Positions 1-10,408 of a stretch of DNA of 64,000 nucleotides are shown here, piece after piece (within the stretch, counting starts at the first letter, position 1; each line of letters starts with the position of its first letter). Made by a program: the position numbers and the translations under genes. A model generated the notes under the pieces. It had not been told where the DNA came from, did no database searches, and saw only the letters and a program-made list of their open reading frames with translations. The stretch is from Clostridia bacterium. Its GTDB lineage: Bacteria > Bacillota > Clostridia > RGIG7378. Where the stretch lies: positions 270 to 64,269 of the forward strand of contig JAFYSJ010000034.1 in NCBI GenBank assembly GCA_017559445.1, read 5' to 3'.

Positions 1-136
1 CTGTTGCCTCAGGTGTTGGAGTTGCAATATCTCCTGTGTTCTCGCCTGATCCAAGCATAACAAACAACGCAATACCGATGCCTATTAGGAGCAAGGCAAC
101 GATTGCAATTATTATGATTAATTTCTTGTTTTTCAT
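1..136 (-). CDS. 5' fragment (first ~45 codons; gene continues beyond window start) of another paralog of the Cys/His-module + LRR surface protein family
   Basis: nt 1-150 are ~95% identical to 5441-5590 (N-terminus of the 925-aa protein); revcomp reads MKNKKLIIIIAIVALLLIGIGIALFVMLGSGENTGDIATPTPEA from an ATG at ~136. Confidence 0.5.
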   Translation of the reverse strand, partial: MKNKKLIIIIAIVALLLIGIGIALFVMLGSGENTGDIATPTPEAT

Positions 137-156
137 TTTGTTTCTCATTCCTAAAT

Positions 157-2697
157 TTAATATCTAATGAACTGTATATTTGGATCGCATTCCCTAAAAT
201 ACTCTTCTACAATAGAGTATCTGTGCTCTACCCTTACAAGAGAACTACATCCTCTAAAAGAATCATAATAGAAAATTTCCGCTATAGGTGGTAGTCTTAG
301 TTCTTTTAAGGATACACAATTTTCAAAGCATCTCGTAGGTATATATTTAAGTGAGTTTGACAAGTTAATCTTGCTCAAAGATTTACAATTTGCAAAAGTT
401 CCAGGACCCATTGTTTCAACACCATCTGGAATTGTTATCTCATTCAGAGAAGTACAATCTGCAAATACCTCTTCTCCAACCTGCATAACACTACTTGGAA
501 TGGCCAATGTCTTTAAGGATGTACATCCCTTGAAAACCATATCATTTAGTGAGTCCACAATATTCGACAATGTAACATCTGTAAGTGATGTGCAGTTCAT
601 AAATACTGATGGTCCTATATAACTTACAGTATCAGGTATAACAATCTTGCTTAAATTTGCGCAATTTTTAAAGGCACCTTCTTCTATTCTATATATTCCT
701 GATTCGATCGTTACAGACTCTAATCCTGATGCTGCGAACATGTATCTACCAATTATATTCAGGGTGCTAGGTATAACAATTGTCTTTAATGAAGTGCAAC
801 CTTCAAAGATAAAAGCTCCTAGATTATCTACTCCCTTGCCAATTGTAACGTTTGAAAGAGAAGTACAATTTGCAAATGCGCTATCTCCAAGATAATTTAC
901 TGTATCTGGAATAACAATTTGAGTAAGAGAAGTACATCCACCAAAAGTACCATACTCAATTCTTGTTACCTTAGATGGAATAGTAACACTTTTAATAGAA
1001 GTACATTCGCTAAATGCTCCACTATAAATAACATCTACATTACTTGGAATAGTTATATTAGAAAGGTTATAACACTGTGCAAAGGCACACATACCTATTG
1101 TTCTAAGAGAATTAGGTAGTGAAACAGTAACTAGAGATGTGCATTTTTCAAACATCTCATCTCCTATAACAGTTACGCCTTCTTTAATTGTTACTGTTGT
1201 AAGAGAAGTGCACTCTCTAAATGCCCATTGTCCAATCTCTTCTACTCCTGATCCAATAGTAAGTGTTTTAAGTGAACTACATCCCCAAAATGCACTTTCT
1301 CCTAAAGATTTTACGTTATCTGGAATAACAAGACTCTTAAGTCCCAAACAATTTTCGAAAGCTTTTTCCTCTATCTTAGTTACTGAGCCTGGAATAGTAA
1401 TGCTTTCAATAGCATTGCAACTTGATAAAGCTCCAGCACCGATAGTAGTAACACCATTAGGAATAGACAATTGCTTTAATCTATCGCAGCCATATAAAAC
1501 CCAATCGCTAAGTTCTGTTAATCCCTTAGGCAAAGTGATGCTTTGCAATCCCGAACAATTCATAAAGGCGTTTGCCTCAATCTTTGTAACTGTATCTGAA
1601 ATGACTATACTCTTAATGCCTCCAACACCAGCAAAAGCACTATTTCCAATTACAGTTACCTTATATCCATCAATCTGAGAACCTATGACTATATTTGATT
1701 CTGTACATGTACCTACACCAGTAATTGTGCATGTAATTCCATCTGCATTAACTTTGTAACTAAGGCCAATGGATCCATCTGTATTTGGCTTAGGTGTAGG
1801 TGTTGGAGTAGCTGTTGGAACTGTGGTAGGTATTGGCGTTGGAGTAGCTGTTGGTGCAGGTGTAGGTGTTATGGGATCTACATATGTATCAATGTAGCTA
1901 CTACCACAATCAGTGCAAGTATGTGTTGTATATCCCTGACTATTCATTGTTGGAGGAGTTACAACACTATTGTAGTTATGACCCTTTGATACAACAACTT
2001 TCTGAGCTACAAGTACCTTGTTGCATACAGAACAATGCTTACCTTCTGTTAAGCCAGATTGTGTACATGTAGCTGCTACTGCATCGTCTTTTGCCTCTGT
2101 ATGAGGTTTAGTTGCAATTGATGTTTGTGGAACGAGGATTTCTCCACACTTTTTACATTTGCTACCTTCTGTTAAGCCGGCTGTAGTACATGTTGGTTCC
2201 TTACCTACAAGCTTTTCTACATCTGTATGGGTACAGTTTACGTCGCGAATATATCCGCAAACGTTACATGTTTCATCGTTCTTATCTGTGTATGTATGTG
2301 CCTTAATAGGTACTTCATCCTGAGCAATAAGGATTGTATTGCATACGGAACAGTGCTTACCTTCTGTTAAACCTGTCTTAGAGCATGTAGCTTCTACAGC
2401 TGCATCTACTACCTCTATATGAGGAACAAGGTCAATTTGCTGAGTTTCCTTTTCACCACAAGAGCAAACTCTCTCCTGCTCTCCTCTTTCTACACATGTT
2501 GGTTCCTTTGTAATATTCCAGTCTCCATAAGAGTGGGTATGACCTATAGCAGGAGTTGCCGTTGCATCAGGTGTTGAAGTGGTGGTAGGTATAGATGTAG
2601 GGGTGCTTGTTGCTACATCATTTTTATCTCCTGTGGTACAAGACGCCATAGTCACAATCATGAATAGAATTAACAATATGGATAAAAACTTCTTCAT
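157..2697 (-). CDS. Surface lipoprotein: N-terminal lipobox (MASCTTG), Cys/His-rich ~40-aa tandem modules, Pro/Thr linker, C-terminal BspA-type leucine-rich repeats
   Basis: 846-aa ORF; signal peptide with Cys; repeated ATCxxxGLTEGxHCSVCN modules; PTxTP linker; LRR_5-like repeats (IPxxVxxIGxxAFxxCxxL). Confidence 0.8.
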   Translation of the reverse strand: MKKFLSILLILFMIVTMASCTTGDKNDVATSTPTSIPTTTSTPDATATPAIGHTHSYGDWNITKEPTCVERGEQERVCSCGEKETQQIDLVPHIEVVDAAVEATCSKTGLTEGKHCSVCNTILIAQDEVPIKAHTYTDKNDETCNVCGYIRDVNCTHTDVEKLVGKEPTCTTAGLTEGSKCKKCGEILVPQTSIATKPHTEAKDDAVAATCTQSGLTEGKHCSVCNKVLVAQKVVVSKGHNYNSVVTPPTMNSQGYTTHTCTDCGSSYIDTYVDPITPTPAPTATPTPIPTTVPTATPTPTPKPNTDGSIGLSYKVNADGITCTITGVGTCTESNIVIGSQIDGYKVTVIGNSAFAGVGGIKSIVISDTVTKIEANAFMNCSGLQSITLPKGLTELSDWVLYGCDRLKQLSIPNGVTTIGAGALSSCNAIESITIPGSVTKIEEKAFENCLGLKSLVIPDNVKSLGESAFWGCSSLKTLTIGSGVEEIGQWAFRECTSLTTVTIKEGVTVIGDEMFEKCTSLVTVSLPNSLRTIGMCAFAQCYNLSNITIPSNVDVIYSGAFSECTSIKSVTIPSKVTRIEYGTFGGCTSLTQIVIPDTVNYLGDSAFANCTSLSNVTIGKGVDNLGAFIFEGCTSLKTIVIPSTLNIIGRYMFAASGLESVTIESGIYRIEEGAFKNCANLSKIVIPDTVSYIGPSVFMNCTSLTDVTLSNIVDSLNDMVFKGCTSLKTLAIPSSVMQVGEEVFADCTSLNEITIPDGVETMGPGTFANCKSLSKINLSNSLKYIPTRCFENCVSLKELRLPPIAEIFYYDSFRGCSSLVRVEHRYSIVEEYFRECDPNIQFIRY

Positions 2698-2807
2698 ATG
2701 AAATTAACTCCTTTTAATACATGGACACAATTTTACAACTTTGCCCATATTTTGTATAGGGCAAGGGGTGTCCCTGTTGGAACACCCCTTATAAAACAAG
2801 CATTATC

Positions 2808-5585
2808 TTATTGATACTTTTTAAACACAATATTAGGATGGCAATTATTAAACGCTGTAGAATCACATTTGTAGCCATTATTTGATACACCAACAGACAT
2901 ACTATATGGCATATTTACTAATGCGAGACTTTCACAATTTGCAAAAGCGCTCTGCCCTATGGACTTTACAGTCTTAGGAATGGTTATTGTTTCCAAAGAA
3001 GAACAACCGCTAAAAGCAAACGCATCAATCATTGTAACTCCTTCTGGGATTGATATGCTCACTAATGATGTGCATTTATAGAAAACAGCATGCTTTATTT
3101 CCGTAACCTTTGATGGTATTTCGAAAGATTCAAGGCCTGAATTACTAAATGCATAGGCTTCGATTACTTCAATTGAATCTGGCAACTCTATTGTTTTAAG
3201 AGCACTACATCCACTAAATACAGAATAGGCTATATTCTTTAGACCATCTGGAATATTCACATTCTTCAAAGAAATACAACCTGAGAACATTCCATCTCCC
3301 ATTTTAACTAAATTATTAGGGAATATTACGGATTCCAAACTTTTACAATTAGCAAAGATACCGCTGTATGTAATCTCTGGGATACTGGATGGCCATGTAA
3401 CACTCTTCAACCCTGTACAGTAGTAAAATGCATTATTTTCAATTGTTTTTACACTATTGGGAATAACAACTTCCTTCATGCCTGTACAATAGTAGAAAGC
3501 ATACATTCCAATTGAAGTTACCGTGTTAGAAATAGTAAAACTTTCAATGTCATACTTATACGCAAAAGCATATTGTTTAATTGAAACTACTGTATATCCA
3601 TCAATTTCAACAGGCATAATGATGTTTGTATCAGTGCAATTGCCAATTCCCGTAATTGTGCATGTCTTTCCATCACTATTTACACTATAAGCTAATCCCT
3701 TTGAGGCAAGTGAATCAACGTATGAATCCACATAGCTATGACCACACTTTGAGCAGGTGTGTGTTGTGTAACCCTTAGATGTTACTGTTGGCGATGTTAC
3801 TACGCTGCTATATGAATGATTTAATGGAGTTACAGTCTGCGCTACAAGCACGGTATTACATACAGAACAATGTCTACCTTCTGTAAGACCTGTGCTTGTA
3901 CATGTTGCGGCTACTGCTGAGTCTATTACTTCTGTATGACCCTTAGCTGGAATCACTGTCTGTGCTACAAGTACCGTATTACATACGGAGCAATGTTTAC
4001 CTTCAGTGAGTCCTGTTCCTGTGCATGTAGCTGGTACAGCCACATCCTTCACTTCAGTATGACCTTTAGCTGGGATTACAGTTTGAGCTACAAGTACTGT
4101 ATTACATGTAGAACAATGTTTACCCTCAGTGAGACCTGTGCTTGTGCAGGTTGGTGACACAGCCACATCCTTCACCTCAGTATGGCCTCTAGCTGGAACT
4201 ACAGTCTGTGCTACAAGCACGGTATTACATACAGAACAATGTATACCCTCAGTGAGACCTGTGCTTGTACAGGTTGGTGACACAGCCACATCCTTCACCT
4301 CAGTATGACCTTTAGCTGGAACTACAGTCTGCGCTACAAGCACGGTATTACATACAGAACAATGCTTACCCTCTGTAAGGCCTGTTTCTGTGCATGTTGG
4401 AGCTTTTGCAGCATCTACTACTTCTGTATGTGACTGCACGGGAACAACAATTTGATCAGCAAGTACTTCATTACATGCAGAACAGTGTCTGCCCTCTGTA
4501 AGACCAGTGCTTGTACATGTTGCTTCTACTGCCACGTCTGTTACTTCTGTGTGACCTTTTGCAGGAACTACAGTCTGAGAAACCAAGATCTCGCCACACT
4601 TTTTACACTTGCTACCATCTGTTAATCCTGCTGTAGTACATGTTGCTTCCTTACCTGGAATAACCTCAGTATTTGAATGTGCGCACTCTGCATCTCGTGT
4701 AAATCCACATACGTTACATGTCTCATCGTACTTATCGTCATATGTATGAGCTACTATTGGAACAATTTCTTGAGAAACTAGTACTGTGTTACATACAGAA
4801 CAATGCTTGCCCTCTGTTAATCCAGACTGAGTGCATGTTGCCGCAACAGCAGCATCCTTTACTTCCGTATGACCCTTAGCTGCAACTACCGTCTGTGCCA
4901 CAAGCACCTTGTTACATACGGAGCAATGCTTACCCTCTGTTAATCCAGACTGAGTACATGTAGCAGCAACTGCTGTGTCTTTTACCTCTGTATGTCCCTT
5001 GGCTGCAATTACTGTCTGAGCTACAAGGATTTCGCCACACTTTTTACACTTGCTACCTTCTGTCAAACCAGCTGTAGTGCATGTTGCATCTTTTCCCACA
5101 AGCTTTTCTACATCTGTGTGAGCACAGTTTATATCGCGAACATATCCGCAAACGTTACATGTATCGTCGTTCTTATCTGTATATGTATGTGCTTTAAGGG
5201 GAACTTCATCCTGAGCAATAAGGATTGCATTACATACGGAACAGTGCATACCTTCTGTAAGACCTGTTTTATCACATGTTGCCTCTACTGCAGTATCTAC
5301 TACTTCTGTATGAGGAACCAGATCAAGTTCCTGAGTTTCTTTATCCCCACAGGAACAAACTCTCTCCTGTTCACCCTTTTCTACACATGTGGAGTCCTTT
5401 GTAGTAGTCCAGTCTCCAAATGTGTGAGTATGATCTGGATTAGGAGATGCTGTTGCCTCAGGTGTTGGAGTTGCAATGTCTCCTGTGTTCTCGCCTGATC
5501 CAAGCATTATAAACAATGCAATACCGATGCCTGCTAAGAGCAAGGCAACGACTGCAATTATTATGATTATTTTTTTGTTTTTCAC
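2808..5585 (-). CDS. Paralogous surface protein: signal anchor, ~12 tandem 41-aa Cys/His modules (GHTEVxDxAVxATCTxxGLTEGxHCSVCNxVLVAQ), C-terminal BspA-type LRR
   Basis: 925-aa ORF, GTG start with GGGAGA RBS; N-terminus near-identical to fragment at 1-136; LRR C-terminus similar to 157-2697 product. Confidence 0.8.
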   Translation of the reverse strand: MKNKKIIIIIAVVALLLAGIGIALFIMLGSGENTGDIATPTPEATASPNPDHTHTFGDWTTTKDSTCVEKGEQERVCSCGDKETQELDLVPHTEVVDTAVEATCDKTGLTEGMHCSVCNAILIAQDEVPLKAHTYTDKNDDTCNVCGYVRDINCAHTDVEKLVGKDATCTTAGLTEGSKCKKCGEILVAQTVIAAKGHTEVKDTAVAATCTQSGLTEGKHCSVCNKVLVAQTVVAAKGHTEVKDAAVAATCTQSGLTEGKHCSVCNTVLVSQEIVPIVAHTYDDKYDETCNVCGFTRDAECAHSNTEVIPGKEATCTTAGLTDGSKCKKCGEILVSQTVVPAKGHTEVTDVAVEATCTSTGLTEGRHCSACNEVLADQIVVPVQSHTEVVDAAKAPTCTETGLTEGKHCSVCNTVLVAQTVVPAKGHTEVKDVAVSPTCTSTGLTEGIHCSVCNTVLVAQTVVPARGHTEVKDVAVSPTCTSTGLTEGKHCSTCNTVLVAQTVIPAKGHTEVKDVAVPATCTGTGLTEGKHCSVCNTVLVAQTVIPAKGHTEVIDSAVAATCTSTGLTEGRHCSVCNTVLVAQTVTPLNHSYSSVVTSPTVTSKGYTTHTCSKCGHSYVDSYVDSLASKGLAYSVNSDGKTCTITGIGNCTDTNIIMPVEIDGYTVVSIKQYAFAYKYDIESFTISNTVTSIGMYAFYYCTGMKEVVIPNSVKTIENNAFYYCTGLKSVTWPSSIPEITYSGIFANCKSLESVIFPNNLVKMGDGMFSGCISLKNVNIPDGLKNIAYSVFSGCSALKTIELPDSIEVIEAYAFSNSGLESFEIPSKVTEIKHAVFYKCTSLVSISIPEGVTMIDAFAFSGCSSLETITIPKTVKSIGQSAFANCESLALVNMPYSMSVGVSNNGYKCDSTAFNNCHPNIVFKKYQ

Positions 5586-5686
5586 TTTGTTTCTCCCTTA
5601 TTTTTGCCAAATAATGAACTAATTTTACAACTTTGCATACCTTTTGTATAGAGCAAGGGTGTCCCTTTCGGAACACCCCGGAGTGA

Positions 5687-8146
5687 TTACTTTTGTGTTA
5701 TTTTTATGTACTTATAAGCATTATTAAATGCTGTCTTATCATATGATCCCTTTGCCATCGTTACATTCGCTAGAGAAGTACAATTAGCAAAACAATAGCC
5801 TGAAATATATGATACCGAAGGCAACTCTATACTTGTTAGAGACGTACAATTAAAAAATGTATAAGGTTCAAGCCAAGTTACATTCTTTGACATTGTAACA
5901 CTCTTAAGTGCTATGCATCCACTAAATGCCCCTTCCTCTATCCAATCTACACTGTCTGGGATTACAATGCTGGTAATGGTTTTGCAACTTTCAAAGGCAA
6001 ATACACCAATAGTTGCAACCCTTTTTTCATTGTACGTAGATGGAATAACAATGTCAGTATCAGTACATGTTCCGATACCTATAACCGTATATGTACCATC
6101 ACTCTCAAGCCTAAACTTAAGACCTAGGGGTCCTGTCTCTAACGGCTTAGGCGTGGGCGTCGGAGTCACTGTCGGTTTCGGCGTTGGTGTTGCCGTAGGC
6201 TTCGGCGTCGGTGTTGCCGTTGGCTTCGGCGTCGGTGTTGCCGTTGGCTTCGGCGTCGGTGTCGCCGTTGGCTTCGGCGTTGGTGTTGCCGTTGGCTTCG
6301 GCGTCGGTGTTGCCGTTGGCTTCGGCGTTGGTGTGGCCGTTGGCTTCGGCGTTGGTGTTGCCGTTGGCTTCGGCGTCGGTGTTGCCGTTGGCTTCGGCGT
6401 TGGTGTGGCCGTTGGCTTCGGCGTTGGTGTTGCCGTAGGCTTCGGCGTTGGTGTTGCCGTTGGCTTTGGCGTTGGTGTTGCCGTTGGCACTGGCGTTGGT
6501 GTTGCCGTTGGCTTCGGCGTCGGTGGTGCCGTTGGCACTGGACTTGGTGTCGGAGTCAAAGTCGGACTCGGAGTTGGAGTCGCAGTCACCATTGGTGTGG
6601 GTGTAGCCGTCGGCCTATGTGTTGGTGTAGGACTTGGCGTAGGACGACCAATAACTACAACCGGCTTTGGTGTTGGAGTTGGAGTCGGTTTAGGTGTTGG
6701 TGTCGGTGTGGGACTTGGTGTAGGCACAGGTGTAGCCGTTGGCACTGGGCTTGGTGTCGGAGTCGCAGTAGGTTCCGGTGTTGCTGTTGGCACTAGACTT
6801 GGTGACGGAGTTGCTGTAGGAACCGGAGTTGATGTGGCCGTTGGCTTCGGTGTTGGAGTTGGTGTTGGCATTGCTGCTTCCCACTTTTTCTCCCAGAATG
6901 GACTAAACTCCACATTAAACAAAGTTAAATCTGCCAATTGCTTATCTATAACTGGCACAGTAACAACCAATTTTCCTCTCAAAAGAGGTGATACACTGAG
7001 TTTCAAATTGCCTGCAACCTCAGGACCACTAGAACCCATATATCCCTTAAGTTGTCCTTCCATCTTTGCAGTAACACCTGCTGCAATTTCTGTACCTGTG
7101 CTACCATAAAGCCTAGAAGTCAATTTTGTTACAACTCCTATGCTTGCATTTCCTGAGAAATCCGCCTCTGTTCCCCACTTAAATGGTTCCTTGGGCTTAG
7201 TAAACTGGTTAATTTCTGTTAGGTCTCCCTTGTTATATATAAATCCCACGACTCTTTCCGTGTCCAAGGAAACCGTTGCAGTAAATGTACCTGTAACATT
7301 TGCACTTCCTTCTATTCCAAAGTACAAATCATTTGTAATAACAACTGGAATTACACAGTAAAAATAGATATTAGGTAATCTTTTATTAGCAATTTCCTTT
7401 TCGTACTCACCATTATATATCTCATGCTCATATTCAAGGGACATTTCACCGTCTGTAATCAAGTGAGTTACTAAAGAAAGCTCTACCTTACGCCACCTAA
7501 CCTTGAGAGTAAACTCAAGCCAAATAGTGCAGCCAATATTGCCCTTTAATGTTGTGTTTTTGGCAAGTTTGAAATTGAAATCTCCAGAATATGCAAATTG
7601 AGCATCTCCATTTGCAAGTCTAGAAAATGCAGGTTCTTTTTCCATGCGTAAATTAGAAAGGTCATTGGAATTACTGCAGAGCAAAATAGCCCCTGCCAAA
7701 AAATCATCTCCACCTTCCAAATCGGATTCATCCATCTCAAAGAAAGTTTCCTCTGTAATAAGGAAGTTCTTAGTAATATTTGCCTCTTCGAAAACATCTG
7801 CAAATGTGGCAGGTTCTGTTTCATACACATACATGCCATCGACAACCTTAACGTCCACTACCTTAACCATGAATCCTGAAGGTGCAACATCTGTAATATC
7901 AGACACAACAACATCACCAATCTGAATCTCTGGATCATGATTGTAAACAAGAGTGTTCTCCTCTACTATGACAGGGGTCTTGGCTTCCTCTGTTGTCTCT
8001 GTAACAATATGTACGTTATCGTTTATGACTGCGGTGCCTTCTGCTGGCATAGAATTCCTGTCGTACAAGAAAATTCCTACACCTACGGCAATAGAAACTG
8101 CCAGAACGGCGCTTATGATAATAGCTAATAACCTACCCTTTGACAT
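5687..8146 (-). CDS. Membrane-anchored surface protein: N-terminal TM, unknown ~400-aa domain, long ([10 protein letters not shown])n linker, C-terminal BspA-type LRR
   Basis: 827-aa ORF (track start 8170; internal ATG at 8146 has a GAGGA RBS); near-perfect 30-bp tandem coding repeats; LRR tail. Confidence 0.7.
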   Translation of the reverse strand: MSKGRLLAIIISAVLAVSIAVGVGIFLYDRNSMPAEGTAVINDNVHIVTETTEEAKTPVIVEENTLVYNHDPEIQIGDVVVSDITDVAPSGFMVKVVDVKVVDGMYVYETEPATFADVFEEANITKNFLITEETFFEMDESDLEGGDDFLAGAILLCSNSNDLSNLRMEKEPAFSRLANGDAQFAYSGDFNFKLAKNTTLKGNIGCTIWLEFTLKVRWRKVELSLVTHLITDGEMSLEYEHEIYNGEYEKEIANKRLPNIYFYCVIPVVITNDLYFGIEGSANVTGTFTATVSLDTERVVGFIYNKGDLTEINQFTKPKEPFKWGTEADFSGNASIGVVTKLTSRLYGSTGTEIAAGVTAKMEGQLKGYMGSSGPEVAGNLKLSVSPLLRGKLVVTVPVIDKQLADLTLFNVEFSPFWEKKWEAAMPTPTPTPKPTATSTPVPTATPSPSLVPTATPEPTATPTPSPVPTATPVPTPSPTPTPTPKPTPTPTPKPVVVIGRPTPSPTPTHRPTATPTPMVTATPTPSPTLTPTPSPVPTAPPTPKPTATPTPVPTATPTPKPTATPTPKPTATPTPKPTATPTPKPTATPTPKPTATPTPKPTATPTPKPTATPTPKPTATPTPKPTATPTPKPTATPTPKPTATPTPKPTATPTPKPTVTPTPTPKPLETGPLGLKFRLESDGTYTVIGIGTCTDTDIVIPSTYNEKRVATIGVFAFESCKTITSIVIPDSVDWIEEGAFSGCIALKSVTMSKNVTWLEPYTFFNCTSLTSIELPSVSYISGYCFANCTSLANVTMAKGSYDKTAFNNAYKYIKITQK
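6165..6530. repeat. ~12 near-perfect tandem copies of a 30-bp unit (cggcgttggtgttgccgttggcttcggcgt) encoding [10 protein letters not shown]; coding VNTR
   Basis: direct reading of the periodicity in the sequence; the antisense ORFs 5913-7109 and 6211-6438 are artefacts of this repeat. Confidence 0.85.
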
Positions 8147-8266
8147 ATGATCCTCTAGTTTTATGTACATTATTCGTCAATTATAGCACAAAATTCATTC
8201 ACCAACACCAAACACTAAACACTGGACCCTACTTTTGCTATAATTCCCTTAAGGGAGGACAAAATC

Positions 8267-10363
8267 ATGAAAACATACACAAACTCTAAACTTTCCAAAA
8301 GAACACTATTACCTTTTCTCGCAATTGCACTTGTTTTGACACTTTGTCTTACAGCTTGCGGAGATAACAATCAGGGAGACCCTTCTCACGAACATTCTTT
8401 TTCTGAGTGGACTGTCACACAGGATCCCACATGCACTACTATCGGAAAAGAAACTAGAGCATGCTCATGCAAGGCCACTGAATCCAGGGATATTCCCACT
8501 CTTGAACACAACATTGTGGTACTTCCCGGCAAGGACCCAACTCCAACAACCGAAGGACTTACTGAAGGTGCTGGATGCTCTGTGTGCGGCTTGGTTACTG
8601 TTGCTCAAGAAATAATTCCTTGCATAACTCCTTGGGACGGAACTGTTGCCGACTCCTTTGCCAAGGGTACTGGCTCTGCTCAAGATCCATACATTATTTC
8701 CAACGGAAGTGAACTTGCCTATTTGTTTACTTTGATTTCTGACTCACAGTACAAAAGCTGTGCGGGACTTTTCTTTAAAATTTCCCAAGATATTCACTTA
8801 GGCGACTTAGAATGGCCCTACGGAATTGGCGACTTTAATTCCCAATTCTCTGGCACATTAGATGGCAATAACCACTATATTTCTAACTTCCAGATTAACT
8901 ACACAGAGAAACTAAGCCACACTATGATCGGCCTCTTCCCTATGCTGTACAATGCATATATCAGCGATCTAGGTTTGAAAGAATTTACCATAACTGCCAG
9001 TGGAAATGCGGGCCTATCCATTGGAGGTTTGTCCGGATATTCAAGTGATTCCACCATCACAAATTGCTATGCCATTGGCTCAATCGATGCAACAGAAACT
9101 ACATATTACAGTGCTGTTGGTTTGTTAATCGGAGACCTTTACCAATGCACAGTTAATAAATGCTATTCCGAAGGAACTGCAAAAGCATACAACAGCAATT
9201 TTTACACAAATGTTGGCGGACTTTTAGGCCACACTAATAAGGGAGAACTTAGGGAAAGCTATTCCTCCGCAACTGTGTATGGCTCCTGTGCAGCTGGTTT
9301 AGTCAGCAGTGTATCAAACACAAATATCTCTGATTGCTATGCCACAGGTGACGTATATGCTTACGGCTATGAACCAAACGGCTATCGCGTTGACCTTTAT
9401 GTCGGTGGCCTTATTGGACATTGTACCTCCCAGGAATCCTTAAAGAACTGTTACGCAACAGGCAACGTGAATTACTCTGGTCCTGCCACATATGCATTTG
9501 TTGGAGGTCTCGTTGGCAATAGCTATACCATCGAAAACTGCTATGCTACAGGCAATGTTACTGCTACGAATTGTAGCGGAACACTGGAAATTGGCGGTTT
9601 AGCAGGCTCCTGCAGTGCCACAACATGCGCTTACGCTACTGGCAATGTTACTGTTACAAATAACTCTTCCTCATATGTATATGCTGGAGGATTCGCTGGA
9701 ACTTTTGCTAGCATTATCGATCAGGCTTTTGCCACAGGCGATGTATACGTAGAAAACACATGTGACACCGCAAACTTTATTATTTTGGATGTTGGCGGAT
9801 TCGCTGGATACTCAAAGAGTGGCGGAACCACAAACTGCTACGCTACTGGCGACGTTACTGTAGTTGGAAACAACTACATAAACGCAGCTGGTTTTATTGG
9901 CAAGTGTGAACTCAGCATGTATGACGGATACAACTCATTCAAAAACACCTCCTGCTATGCCACTGGTAATGTTACTGCAACAGGTATTCAGGGCAATTAT
10001 AGTATCTACATGGAAGTGGGTGCTTTCTCTGGTTACCAGGGAATTATCCCCGACAACTGCCTTGCCACTGGAAACATCACAGTTACAGGTGCAACAGGCG
10101 GTAGCCATATAGGCAATTTTGCTGGCCTTACATACCATTCATTCCAAAGTGATAACAGCGTTTACGATGCAATGAACATTAGTATCGAAACCTTGGACGG
10201 CAGCACATTAACTGCAACAACCAATGCATCCACATGCAAATTAGCGGACATAAACAACAAGACATTCTATACCGACTCTCTTGGTTATGACCCCAACATC
10301 TGGAATCTGGATGACATAGACTTTGAAAATGGTAAAATGCCAACATTGCTTTTTAGTAAGTAA
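8267..10363 (+). CDS. Surface lipoprotein with one N-terminal Cys/His module followed by many GLUG-like repeats (..VGGLxG..NCYATGNVT..)
   Basis: 698-aa ORF; GGGAGG RBS; lipobox LTAC-G; one HxxxxW..C.C..TEGxxCSVC module; >12 repeats of G-L/F-x-G + CYATG. Confidence 0.75.
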   Translation: MKTYTNSKLSKRTLLPFLAIALVLTLCLTACGDNNQGDPSHEHSFSEWTVTQDPTCTTIGKETRACSCKATESRDIPTLEHNIVVLPGKDPTPTTEGLTEGAGCSVCGLVTVAQEIIPCITPWDGTVADSFAKGTGSAQDPYIISNGSELAYLFTLISDSQYKSCAGLFFKISQDIHLGDLEWPYGIGDFNSQFSGTLDGNNHYISNFQINYTEKLSHTMIGLFPMLYNAYISDLGLKEFTITASGNAGLSIGGLSGYSSDSTITNCYAIGSIDATETTYYSAVGLLIGDLYQCTVNKCYSEGTAKAYNSNFYTNVGGLLGHTNKGELRESYSSATVYGSCAAGLVSSVSNTNISDCYATGDVYAYGYEPNGYRVDLYVGGLIGHCTSQESLKNCYATGNVNYSGPATYAFVGGLVGNSYTIENCYATGNVTATNCSGTLEIGGLAGSCSATTCAYATGNVTVTNNSSSYVYAGGFAGTFASIIDQAFATGDVYVENTCDTANFIILDVGGFAGYSKSGGTTNCYATGDVTVVGNNYINAAGFIGKCELSMYDGYNSFKNTSCYATGNVTATGIQGNYSIYMEVGAFSGYQGIIPDNCLATGNITVTGATGGSHIGNFAGLTYHSFQSDNSVYDAMNISIETLDGSTLTATTNASTCKLADINNKTFYTDSLGYDPNIWNLDDIDFENGKMPTLLFSK

Positions 10364-10378
10364 ATTTAAAATGGATAG

Positions 10379-10408
10379 TTAAAAAGCCAGCATCCGCTGG
10401 CTTTTTAA
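10379..10408. terminator. Rho-independent terminator (AGCCAGC-atcc-GCTGGCT + T-run) after the 698-aa gene
   Basis: hairpin with flanking A- and T-runs. Confidence 0.6.

Noticed and set aside
2764-2790. GGGGTGTCCC/GGAACACCCC hairpins (also about 5656-5678) as intrinsic terminators
   Set aside because: Strong stems but no U-tract on either strand. They are reported as a conserved paralog-associated hairpin in the findings rather than as terminators.
5913-7109. 398-aa plus-strand ORF ([10 protein letters not shown]..) and 6211-6438 ORF
   Set aside because: Antisense translation of the [10 protein letters not shown] tandem repeat; pure repeat artefact.
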